Assembly: GCA_026129095.1 (NCBI GenBank)
Contig: JAHCIT010000008.1
Coordinates: 7,021 to 71,020, forward strand
Direction: 5' to 3'
Source of the DNA: Deltaproteobacteria bacterium
GTDB lineage: Bacteria > JAGRBM01 > JAHCIT01
DNA: 64,000 nucleotides
Shown: one piece after another, positions 26,836 through 35,072 of the stretch
Layout of the letters: every line of letters begins with the position of its first letter
Position numbering within the stretch: position 1 is the stretch's first letter
The notes under the pieces: model-generated
What the model was told of the DNA's origin: nothing
The model's database searches: none
Seen by the model: the letters and a program-made list of their open reading frames with translations, nothing else
Program-made: the position numbers and the translations under genes

Positions 26836-28887
26836 TTGGAAACGAACTCCCCTCTCGACGACGGCGTGAATAGACCACAGGCACCGGAATCTGTCAACGA
26901 GACGGCGAACGAAAACGCCGGCCCCGCCGAATCAGGTTCAGGCGGATCGCAGCCCCAAAGCAGCAGGCTGCTCATCACGGGCGGACTCGTTGTGCTGCTG
27001 GGCCTTGTGTGGTTTGCCTGGTCAACGGTATTTCCCGGCGGATTCCATCTCGACGATCTGCCGAACATCACCAAGAACAAGAGGCTCGCCGCCGTCGTCC
27101 AGGGCAAGGGCTCCATCCAGTCGTATGCACTCCAGAGCCCGGCCAAATACCGTCCCCTCCCGTACGTGACCTTCGCACTCAACGCCAAGCAGCTCAGCAT
27201 GAAGGGCCGCAAGGTGGAGTGGAAGGCAGAACCCTTCCTGAAGACGAACATCGGTATCCACATGGCGGCAGCCGTGATGGTGTTCCTTCTCCTGAGGACG
27301 CTATTGCGGGTTCATGCGCCTGGCTGGACGCCCCTCGTGCGGGACGGCTCGGCCCTGCTCGGGGCCGCGATGTGGGCACTGAACCCGGTCCAGACGGCGG
27401 CGGTCAGCTACACCGTGCAGCGCATGGCGCTCATGGCGACGCTCTTCATCGTGATCTGCCTGTGGAGCTGGGTCCGGTGGAGGGAATCGGGCAAGATAGT
27501 ATTCGCCGTGACCGCCCTTGCCGCCTTCACCCTCGGCATGGCCTCCAAGGAAATCGCGGCGACGGCCGTGCTGGTGATCGTGCTCTACGAATGGCTCCTC
27601 AGGCCGGAACGGAAGCTGTGCGCGGCGGGCTATACCCTCATCACGGTCATGGCCGCGGCCCCGGCGGTGCTGTTCTACTTCTACATGCAGGCCTCCCCGG
27701 TCCACTGGGCCTCGGCCGGCGATCCGCTTGCCAACCGCGACTACAACTCGGTCGAGCGGGTGATGACCCAGGGCCGTGTGCTCTGGCACTACGTATCGCT
27801 GTGGCTGGCTCCCCTGCTGGGCCGTCTGCACCTTGAATATGCCGTCCCGGTGTCCCGCGGCCTGCTTGATCCGGCGACGACGGTACTCGCCTGGCTTGCC
27901 TGGGCCGGCGCCGTGGCGGGGGCCATCGCCCTGCGCAGGCGCAGCCCGCTCGCCGCATTCGGCGTCCTGTCGTTCCTCGCCTTCGCTTCCGTGGAAAGCT
28001 CGTTCCTGAACCTCGTGATGGCCTTCCAGTACCGCCTGTACTTGCCGTCGCTGGCACTGGCCGGCCTTGTGGCCGGAGCCGCCGGATGGTTCGTCTCGCG
28101 GCAGGGCCGCAGCCCGGCCCTCCTCGCCGTGGCGGCCGTCGCCATTCTGGCGTTCTATGTGCCGGTGGCACAGGCACGGAACCGCGAGTGGTCGTCATCC
28201 ATCGGCCTGCTGACGGCGGATATCGGCCGCGTCCCGCTCGGCGCACGGTCGTACTACAACCTCGCCCGGAAGATCGACAAGAAGGGCGACCAGGAGCAAA
28301 AGCTGTCGCTGCTGGAGAAGGCCCTGGAGCTGGACTACGGCGTCGATGCCTGTCTCGAAGCCGCCTCGGTGCGGTCCCGCAAGCCGGGCATGGTCGAGCG
28401 GGGCGAGAAGATGTTCCAGACCTGCGAGGAGCGGTACGGCCTTTCGACCGGGCTGCTGCTCAACTGGGGCGGCTTCTACAAGAACGCCGGGGACGAAGCG
28501 GCCGCACGGGCCCGCTACCAGCGCGGCCTCGACCTGGATCCCGAGGAAGCACGGCTGCACGCCAACTACGGCTCGTCGCTGTACCGGGAAGGCCGGATGG
28601 ACGAGGCCGAGGAACGGCTCCACCATGCCCTCTCCCTGAACCCCAGGCTCGCCTCGGCGCATGTGTCCCTCGGCATGCTGTATTTCCGCAAGGGCGAGGA
28701 CGAGAAGGCCAACGAGCACGTGAAACAGGCGAACCGTTACGGGTTCCGCATACCGGCGGGCCTCGTCCGCATGCTGGCCAAGCAGGGTGTGAAAAAACCG
28801 GGGGCAGGACCGGACAAGGCCGGGACGGCTGACCCTGATCCGGCCGATACCGGCCACGATGATGACGATGGTGATCTGACGCCCTGA
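26812..28887 (+). CDS. multi-pass membrane protein with C-terminal TPR repeats (TMTC/PMT-like putative GT-C glycosyltransferase)
   Basis: 691 aa; about 11 hydrophobic segments in the N-terminal 450 aa; acidic loop motif GGFHLDDLPNI; C-terminal TPR-like repeats; ATG 26812 overlaps the divergent biotin-domain gene by 24 nt, so the true start may be downstream. Confidence 0.75.
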   Translation: MRIDRCTHLETNSPLDDGVNRPQAPESVNETANENAGPAESGSGGSQPQSSRLLITGGLVVLLGLVWFAWSTVFPGGFHLDDLPNITKNKRLAAVVQGKGSIQSYALQSPAKYRPLPYVTFALNAKQLSMKGRKVEWKAEPFLKTNIGIHMAAAVMVFLLLRTLLRVHAPGWTPLVRDGSALLGAAMWALNPVQTAAVSYTVQRMALMATLFIVICLWSWVRWRESGKIVFAVTALAAFTLGMASKEIAATAVLVIVLYEWLLRPERKLCAAGYTLITVMAAAPAVLFYFYMQASPVHWASAGDPLANRDYNSVERVMTQGRVLWHYVSLWLAPLLGRLHLEYAVPVSRGLLDPATTVLAWLAWAGAVAGAIALRRRSPLAAFGVLSFLAFASVESSFLNLVMAFQYRLYLPSLALAGLVAGAAGWFVSRQGRSPALLAVAAVAILAFYVPVAQARNREWSSSIGLLTADIGRVPLGARSYYNLARKIDKKGDQEQKLSLLEKALELDYGVDACLEAASVRSRKPGMVERGEKMFQTCEERYGLSTGLLLNWGGFYKNAGDEAAARARYQRGLDLDPEEARLHANYGSSLYREGRMDEAEERLHHALSLNPRLASAHVSLGMLYFRKGEDEKANEHVKQANRYGFRIPAGLVRMLAKQGVKKPGAGPDKAGTADPDPADTGHDDDDGDLTP

Positions 28888-28895
28888 CGGTACGC

Positions 28896-29777
28896 CTAGA
28901 GTCCGAGCCGGTCCAGAACGCCGGTGGCGTTCGCCACGCGGCCGAGCGGCATGACATGAACGCCGCGGAACCGCTTCAAATGAGGCTTGGCGATCTCGCA
29001 GACCACTTCGAGTCCCACGCGGGACTCGGCCTCCGGTGAACCGGCCTTTTTCAGCCGTTCCAGCGTTTCGGCGGCGACGGAAATCTCCGGCACGTTTTCG
29101 CCCATGTAGGCGGCGAACTTCCAGGACTTGAGCGGCAGGATGCCGAGGATGACCGGCGCGTTTACCGGCTCCAGTGCCTTCAGGAACCGCTCCATCGCCT
29201 TCACCGAATAGACGGGCTGGGAGATGACGAACTGGCCGCCCGCTTCCAGCTTGCGGTGGAGCTGCTCCATCTCCGCCTCCAGCTTCGGCGCGGCCGGGTT
29301 CACCGTGACGCCGATCCGGAAGCTCGTCGCCCGGTTGATCTTCCCGCCTTCGAAATCCTCGCCCCGGTTGAGCCGCGAGATGGCGGCGGCGAGCTTCACC
29401 GAGTTGAACTCGAACACCGCCTTCGCCTTCGGGAAATCGCCGATCTTCGGCGGATCGCCGGTCACCAGGAGGAGGTTGCGGACTCCCAGCGCATCGTCCC
29501 CGAACAGGTCCGACTGGATGGCGATGAGGTTCCGGTCACGGCAGGAGAAGTTGATGATCGTCTCGCAGCCGAACTTCTGCTGGATGAGGTGTGCCGCCAT
29601 GCCCGGATTGATCTTGAGCCGGGCCATGGGCGAATCGGTGAGGTTCAGGGCATCAAAACGGGCAAGATACTGCTCGCACTCGGCGTACGTCTTCGTGAGG
29701 TCGGGGCCCCGCGGAATCGTCAGCTCTACCGAGGTGGTGAACCCGCCCCGGCCGAACTTCTCGCTGAACCTGCCCAT
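28896..29777 (-). CDS. metF: methylenetetrahydrofolate reductase
   Basis: 293 aa; overall MTHFR-family similarity; 21 nt downstream of the MIPS gene on the same strand. Confidence 0.82.
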   Translation of the reverse strand: MGRFSEKFGRGGFTTSVELTIPRGPDLTKTYAECEQYLARFDALNLTDSPMARLKINPGMAAHLIQQKFGCETIINFSCRDRNLIAIQSDLFGDDALGVRNLLLVTGDPPKIGDFPKAKAVFEFNSVKLAAAISRLNRGEDFEGGKINRATSFRIGVTVNPAAPKLEAEMEQLHRKLEAGGQFVISQPVYSVKAMERFLKALEPVNAPVILGILPLKSWKFAAYMGENVPEISVAAETLERLKKAGSPEAESRVGLEVVCEIAKPHLKRFRGVHVMPLGRVANATGVLDRLGL

Positions 29778-29798
29778 CCGGCGGCTGCCCTCTCCGGG

Positions 29799-31187
29799 TC
29801 AGCTCCCGCGCTGCCAGTATTCGTCGCCCAGGTGGGTGATGATCGGCGCGCCGACCAGTTCACGGATGGTGTTCTCGAACTTCTCGCGCTGCACGAAGAA
29901 GTCGTGCTGGACCGGCACACCCTCGGCCACCGGCTGCGGGCTCTTGGAGTAGAGGCCGAGCCATTCCTGGACACTCCCCATTCCCTTGCGGCGGGCCCAG
30001 TCGAGGAACCGGGCGAGGTCGATCACCATCGGCGCGGCGAGGATCGAGTCGCGGCAGAAGAACGAGAAGTCGATGATCATCGGGTATCCGAGGAACCCCT
30101 GGAAATCGACGCGGTCCAGCGCGTGCTTGTCGTCGCCGGCGATCTTGTAATAGCTGATGAGAACCGGCTGCTCGATCTCGTAGCCCAGGATGTTGGCCGC
30201 CTGGTTCGACTTGGACTTCTTCTTCGTCTGGAAGGAGCCGGGCTCGTCGAGCACCAGGCCGTCCTTGTTGCCGATCCAGTTGTTGCTGGCCCAGCCCATG
30301 ATCTTCAGTTCCTTGCCCTTGAAACCCGGCATGATGACCGACTTCATCCAGGTCTGGCCCGTCTTGCCGTCGTTGCCGCTGAACGGAACGTTGTTCTTGC
30401 GGGCGAGCTCGCGCAGGGCCGGAATCTCGGCGCCCTGTGACGGCGAGAAGTTGTGGTGCGGCACGCCCAGCCGGAACGCGGCGTAGATGTAAACCTGCGA
30501 GGGGGCGATGTCGGGCGAGTTCTTCACCAGTCCCTTCTCGAACGCGGCCAGCGTCTGGTGCACCGGCTTTACCTCGTGGTACCGCTCGGTCGATCCGACA
30601 TAGACCACGACGGCGCGGTCGCAGCGGTTCTTCTTCATGAAGGTCTGGATGTCCTTCATGATCTGCTCGGCCGCCTTCATCTTGTTCTTCGCCTTGATCT
30701 GGATGTCGGCCTTCAGGTTCTTCACATAGGCGTTCTCGAAGTAGCCCGGCATCGGCTTGCGGCCCTTGAGCGCACCCTTCACCTGGTCCACCAGCGCCGG
30801 ATCGAGCACCTTGGCGTAGCGGGCCGCCTCATAGGCGTCCATCCGGTTGATATCCCAGCCACCCACCACCATGTCGCCGAAATCGGCAACGCTCACGATG
30901 TCGTTGATCTTCGCGAAGTTGTCGCGTGCGCCGATACGGATGGTGCCGGTCTGCGACAGCATGCCGTGCTTGTCATCGGCGTCCGCCAGTCCGCGCTTGA
31001 ACAGCTCGATCCCCACCTGCACGGTCGTGGCGATGGCCCCGTTGCAGCCCACCAGCAGGATGGCCAGCTTGCCGAGCTTTTTCTTCTCGTCGCTGGCCGT
31101 GCGCGTCAGTTTGCCGAGGTTGACGGTGTTGGGGGTGCGGGGTGCTGCCGAACGGGCTGTCTTGCGCGCGGCGGTGGCCTTGGCCAT
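29799..31187 (-). CDS. myo-inositol-1-phosphate synthase (inositol-3-phosphate synthase)
   Basis: 462 aa; NAD-binding N-terminus LAILLVGCNGAIATT and conserved MIPS core blocks; ATG at 31185-31187. Confidence 0.88.
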   Translation of the reverse strand: MAKATAARKTARSAAPRTPNTVNLGKLTRTASDEKKKLGKLAILLVGCNGAIATTVQVGIELFKRGLADADDKHGMLSQTGTIRIGARDNFAKINDIVSVADFGDMVVGGWDINRMDAYEAARYAKVLDPALVDQVKGALKGRKPMPGYFENAYVKNLKADIQIKAKNKMKAAEQIMKDIQTFMKKNRCDRAVVVYVGSTERYHEVKPVHQTLAAFEKGLVKNSPDIAPSQVYIYAAFRLGVPHHNFSPSQGAEIPALRELARKNNVPFSGNDGKTGQTWMKSVIMPGFKGKELKIMGWASNNWIGNKDGLVLDEPGSFQTKKKSKSNQAANILGYEIEQPVLISYYKIAGDDKHALDRVDFQGFLGYPMIIDFSFFCRDSILAAPMVIDLARFLDWARRKGMGSVQEWLGLYSKSPQPVAEGVPVQHDFFVQREKFENTIRELVGAPIITHLGDEYWQRGS

Positions 31188-31301
31188 GTGGGTGAACTCC
31201 TTGTTTCTCCAGAGGTTTTCCGGCCGGGCGCCGGTATCCGCAAGCTGGCGGCCACCCCTGAAGGCCCACGCCTATACCCCTGTCCCGTTTTGAGAGTCAA
31301 G

Positions 31302-31335
31302 GAACACCCCCGGCGGATCGGCGCCGGGGGTGTTC
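31302..31335. repeat. perfect 14-bp inverted repeat with 6-nt spacer (stable hairpin or dimer-binding palindrome)
   Basis: GAACACCCCCGGCG gatcgg CGCCGGGGGTGTTC; between hypothetical gene stop (31404) and MIPS start (31187); no U-tract on either strand. Confidence 0.7.
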
Positions 31336-31403
31336 GGGAGAGGGAGAGTGGGCTCCCGCCCCAGGACAGTGGAGCAGAAGGAACCGGTTGAGGAAGCAGA
31401 AAA

Positions 31404-32081
31404 CTAGAATCCGAGGCCGAGCTGGGGGGTATCGAACCCGACGGCCAGCAGGTGCGTGATGCCGTCGGCGATCTGCTCGCAGGCGGGGGCGAGCGCCGTG
31501 CCTTCCGGACGGTGCGGCAGCTCTGTGCCGGGGCGGATCCGCTCCACCTGCTCGGCGCTGAAGCCGGTGGCCGCATGGCTCTCGGCCTGCCTGCACAGGT
31601 AGGCGACCCGCCAGGAGTTGGCGAACTCGGCGTCAAGCGCCTCGCCGGGGACGACCGTCACCGGCACGTGGTGGCGTCCCACCACCGGACCAAGCTGGAC
31701 GATCACGTTGGCGGCCGTCTCGTCGCGGCCAGTTTCAGCCACGATGCCGGTGGCCCCGAGCCGCCCGTAAAGCCATGCCCGCCGGGCCACGCCTTCCAGG
31801 TCCCGGATCCGGCGGCTCCGGGCGTTCTCCATCAGCAGGCGGCCCTCGCCGCCCGTCACCCGCTGGAACTCGGCCGCGAAGGCGCGGCGGAACTTCTCGC
31901 TCGTGAAGAAGGCGACGATCATCGGCCGACGGCCGGCCGACTCGCGCAGGAGGTGCGCGACCGCCATCCGTGCCCGGCCCTCCGCGTCCCCGTGACCGAT
32001 CACGGTGAGGCGTGCGGGTGCCGGGACGATGGCTTCATCCACTTTTCTGGCTGCCTTTGCGGCGGTAGTGCTGATGCTCAT
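31404..32081 (-). CDS. hypothetical protein
   Basis: 225 aa ORF with ATG 32079-32081; no recognisable motif; soluble. Confidence 0.55.
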   Translation of the reverse strand: MSISTTAAKAARKVDEAIVPAPARLTVIGHGDAEGRARMAVAHLLRESAGRRPMIVAFFTSEKFRRAFAAEFQRVTGGEGRLLMENARSRRIRDLEGVARRAWLYGRLGATGIVAETGRDETAANVIVQLGPVVGRHHVPVTVVPGEALDAEFANSWRVAYLCRQAESHAATGFSAEQVERIRPGTELPHRPEGTALAPACEQIADGITHLLAVGFDTPQLGLGF

Positions 32082-32141
32082 GGCGTGGTGCCTTTCCTGC
32101 TTAGGTTCTGGACAGCGCCCCCGTGCCGTCCATGCCTATAC

Positions 32142-32239
32142 CGTAAGTGATACATATGACAGGATATGACACTCATATTTTACATAGTTATATCATATAG
32201 TTAATATATGTTTTTAATATATTTATTATACACGTAAGT
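32142..32239. other. strongly AT-rich intergenic segment flanked by CGTAAGT direct repeats (divergent promoter region)
   Basis: About 85 bp that are AT-rich by eye, in an otherwise GC-rich window; CGTAAGT at 32142-32148 and 32233-32239; internal ATATGACA x2. Confidence 0.5.
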
Positions 32240-32299
32240 AGGTGCCGTGGCAGTTTTCCCACTTTCCCTGGAACCAGAAGACGGGTTAAGGAACCACCC

Positions 32300-33190
32300 A
32301 TGACCAGCGCAGGCAAGACGGTTCTCGTGACGGCTGGGAACGGCAACCAGGCGCGTTCGGTCATTCCGCGGCTGGCGAAGGCGGGCTTCCGGGTGAGAGC
32401 CATGCGCCGCGTCGACCGTCCGCCGCCGGGGCCCAAGGAGCTGGGAGCGGAGGAAGTCGTCGTCGGCGACGCCTGCAGTGCCGAGGATGCCTTCAGGGCC
32501 ATGCAGGGTGTCCATGCCGTCTATCATGTGGGCCCCTCGTTCCATCCAAAGGAGCGGGAGATGGGCTTCAACATGATCGGGCAGGCGGCGCGGGCCGGCG
32601 TCCGGCACTTCATCTTCAGCTCGGTGCTGCATCCGATTCTCACCGGGCTGCCGCAGCACGAGATCAAGCGCGACATCGAGGAAAAACTGGTCGAGTCGGG
32701 CATGAACTTCACGATCCTCCAGCCGGCCGACTACATGCAGATGGTCGCCTGGGGCGTCATCCCCCACCAGTCGATGTTTCTCCTGGGCTGGAATCTCGAC
32801 AGGCGCCAGGCCCTCGTCGATCTCGACGACGTGGCCGACGTGCTGGTGAAGGTCATCACCGAAGGCGAGACGCACTACGGGGCGACCTACGAGCTGTGCA
32901 GCGGCGAGAACCTTTCGGCCCACGACATCGCCCGGTCCCTGTCGGAGGCGTTCGCCCGCCCGTTCAAGGCGATGCAGTTCCAGCACAACTACAGCCAGCC
33001 CATGCCGTTCATCCTGGGGGACTACGACCGGGAGCACAGCCTTCACCAGATGTCGGTTTTCAAGGTCGTGAACGAGTGGTACGACCGCCACGACTTCATC
33101 GGAAACAGCCAGGTGCTGCGCCTCCTGCTCGGCCGCAGCCCTTCCACCTTCGCCGCTTTCGCCCGCCGCCGCTACAACCTGAGTGCCTGA
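32300..33190 (+). CDS. NmrA-family NAD(P)-binding protein
   Basis: 296 aa; Rossmann N-terminus KTVLVTAGNGNQARSV; NmrA-like length and layout; AAGGAAC 8 nt upstream of the ATG. Confidence 0.82.
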   Translation: MTSAGKTVLVTAGNGNQARSVIPRLAKAGFRVRAMRRVDRPPPGPKELGAEEVVVGDACSAEDAFRAMQGVHAVYHVGPSFHPKEREMGFNMIGQAARAGVRHFIFSSVLHPILTGLPQHEIKRDIEEKLVESGMNFTILQPADYMQMVAWGVIPHQSMFLLGWNLDRRQALVDLDDVADVLVKVITEGETHYGATYELCSGENLSAHDIARSLSEAFARPFKAMQFQHNYSQPMPFILGDYDREHSLHQMSVFKVVNEWYDRHDFIGNSQVLRLLLGRSPSTFAAFARRRYNLSA

Positions 33191-33210
33191 AGGTCCGGGT
33201 TCACGACGGC

Positions 33211-34146
33211 TCAAAGCCACGGGGAGCAGGCCCGGTTGCATTCGTCCCAGAACCGGCGGCGCTTTTCCTCCTGGAGCACCGGGTCGTTGGCTGGCAGCGC
33301 CATCTTCCCCCGGACGTTATGGATGTAGTCGCCGCCCCGGATCCCGCCGCCGGTCAGCGCATGAACGATGCTCTGGGCGCTTTTCGCGGGCGTGATGAGA
33401 AAGAGCCGCTTCAGGATTTCTCCTCCGTTCACAAGTCCGCTGGCGACGACGCCGGGGTGGACTGCCACGCAACTGACCGCAAGGCGCCGCGCCGCGACGT
33501 GTTCCTGCATCGAGAGGGCATTCCACGACACTCCCAGCTTGGAGCGCGCATAGGCAAGGGTGGCAAGCCGGTCCTTGTACCGGAAATCCAGCGTGCAGTC
33601 CCCGGCGAGCACGTAGATGTCGCCGGTCACATGAACGATCCGGCCCGCGCCGGACTTCGCAAGATCGTCAAGCAGAAGATTCGCCAGCAGGTGATGGCCG
33701 AGCACATTGGTGGCGACGTGCAGCTCATGCCCCTGAGGGCTTGTGCCCCAGCGCCGCCCGGCGATCCCGGCATTGAGGACAAGGCCGTCCAGCGCCCCGC
33801 CGCCAAGGGCGTCCTTCACCCGGCCCGCGAGCCGGACCATCCCCTCAAGGTCGGCCGTATCGGATCCGTCGAGTACCGTGATCCGGGCGCCGGGATGCTC
33901 CGCGAGTATCTCCGCACGGAGTTTTTCACCCTGCGCCCCGTCCCGGCAGGCAAGGATTACCTGCGCGTTCCACAGGGCGAGTGTCCGCACCACCTCGGCG
34001 CCGATCCCCCGTGCGCCGCCGGTCACGAGGATCGTGCGCCCCGAAAGGTCGCGCCGCTCCGCGCCGATGCTGCGCCACTGGAGAAAGGCCCCCGCAAGCC
34101 GCAGGAGCTTCTGGAAAAGTGTGAACGGCTTGGGACCGGGCGGCAT
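33211..34146 (-). CDS. short-chain dehydrogenase/reductase (SDR) family oxidoreductase
   Basis: 311 aa; TGGARGIG cofactor motif and YARSK catalytic Tyr/Lys block. Confidence 0.85.
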   Translation of the reverse strand: MPPGPKPFTLFQKLLRLAGAFLQWRSIGAERRDLSGRTILVTGGARGIGAEVVRTLALWNAQVILACRDGAQGEKLRAEILAEHPGARITVLDGSDTADLEGMVRLAGRVKDALGGGALDGLVLNAGIAGRRWGTSPQGHELHVATNVLGHHLLANLLLDDLAKSGAGRIVHVTGDIYVLAGDCTLDFRYKDRLATLAYARSKLGVSWNALSMQEHVAARRLAVSCVAVHPGVVASGLVNGGEILKRLFLITPAKSAQSIVHALTGGGIRGGDYIHNVRGKMALPANDPVLQEEKRRRFWDECNRACSPWL

Positions 34147-34196
34147 GGCCTATCCATGCGCGATGTCACGGCGAAGGGTCAATGGGGGGGGGAAAC

Positions 34197-34272
34197 TGGT
34201 CGGGCTGGAGGGACTCGAACCCTCGACCTCTTGCTCCCGAAACAAGCGCGCTACCAACTGCGCTACAGCCCG
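34197..34272 (-). tRNA. tRNA-Pro (anticodon CGG)
   Basis: Minus-strand sequence CGGGCTG-TA-GCGC-AGTTGGTA-GCGC-G-CTTGT-TTCGGGA-GCAAG-AGGTC-GAGGG-TTCGAGT-CCCTC-CAGCCCG-A-CCA folds as a cloverleaf with a 7-bp acceptor stem, C1:G72 and encoded CCA. Confidence 0.93.
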
Positions 34273-34324
34273 AAAGAAACTTTCCGGATGGACCCTGCCG
34301 CGCTGCGGCCGGGCCGGGCGGCCG

Positions 34325-34987
34325 TCAGCCGGCCCCTTTGAGGCGGCGGATCGTAGACGAATAATCCGGACTTTCAAATACCGCCGAACCGGCCACGACG
34401 ATGTCCACCGCGTCGCCGCAAACCTGCTCCACATTGTCCGCCTTGATGCCGCCGTCCACCTCCAGTTCGACGGCCGGGTTGTGCCGGTCAATGAGTTCCC
34501 GGCACCTGCGTATCTTCTCCGCCACGGAGGGGATGAAGCTCTGGCCGCCAAAGCCGGGATTGACTGACATGAGGAGCACCATGCCGATCTCGCTCCACAG
34601 GTGCTCCAGGGCGGCGAGCGGCGTCGCCGGGTTCAGCACCACCGCCGGCATGGCGCCGTGGCTGCGGATGAGCTGGAGCGTGCGGTGGAGGTGCGGCGTG
34701 TTCTCCACGTGGACGCTGATCCGGTTGGCTCCGGCCTTTGCGAACTCGGGGATGTAGACGTCGGGATTCTCGATCATGAGGTGCGCGTCGAGCGGCAGCT
34801 TCGTTACCTTGCGGACGGCGGCGAGAACGAGCGGGCCTACGGTGATGTTCGGGACGAAGTGGCCATCCATGACATCGAAGTGGATAAGGTCGGCTCCGCC
34901 CGCCTCGACGGCGCGCACCTCCTCGCCGAGCCGCGTGAAGTCGGCCGACAGGAGGCTGGGAGCTATTTTCCGCTGGCGGCGGGCCAT
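34325..34987 (-). CDS. rpe: ribulose-phosphate 3-epimerase
   Basis: 220 aa; Rpe blocks [29 protein letters not shown]. Confidence 0.92.
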   Translation of the reverse strand: MARRQRKIAPSLLSADFTRLGEEVRAVEAGGADLIHFDVMDGHFVPNITVGPLVLAAVRKVTKLPLDAHLMIENPDVYIPEFAKAGANRISVHVENTPHLHRTLQLIRSHGAMPAVVLNPATPLAALEHLWSEIGMVLLMSVNPGFGGQSFIPSVAEKIRRCRELIDRHNPAVELEVDGGIKADNVEQVCGDAVDIVVAGSAVFESPDYSSTIRRLKGAG

Positions 34988-35072
34988 CCTTGGAAGGAAC
35001 CTCTTTCCCTGCCCCGGCTTTAATTGGCGGCAGACTTCCGTTCAAGCGGGGCTGTGCTAACTATCCACGCGG

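Noticed and set aside
32251-32270. TTTTCCCACTTT upstream of the NmrA-like gene, similar to one MraZ-box unit
   Set aside because: Single copy with no 10-bp phased partners and no link to division genes; likely chance.
34197-34272. Considered whether the tRNA could be a pseudogene or tmRNA fragment
   Set aside because: All four stems pair cleanly (one G-U in the anticodon stem), T-loop TTCGAGT and D-loop AGTTGGTA are canonical, and CCA is encoded; it looks functional.
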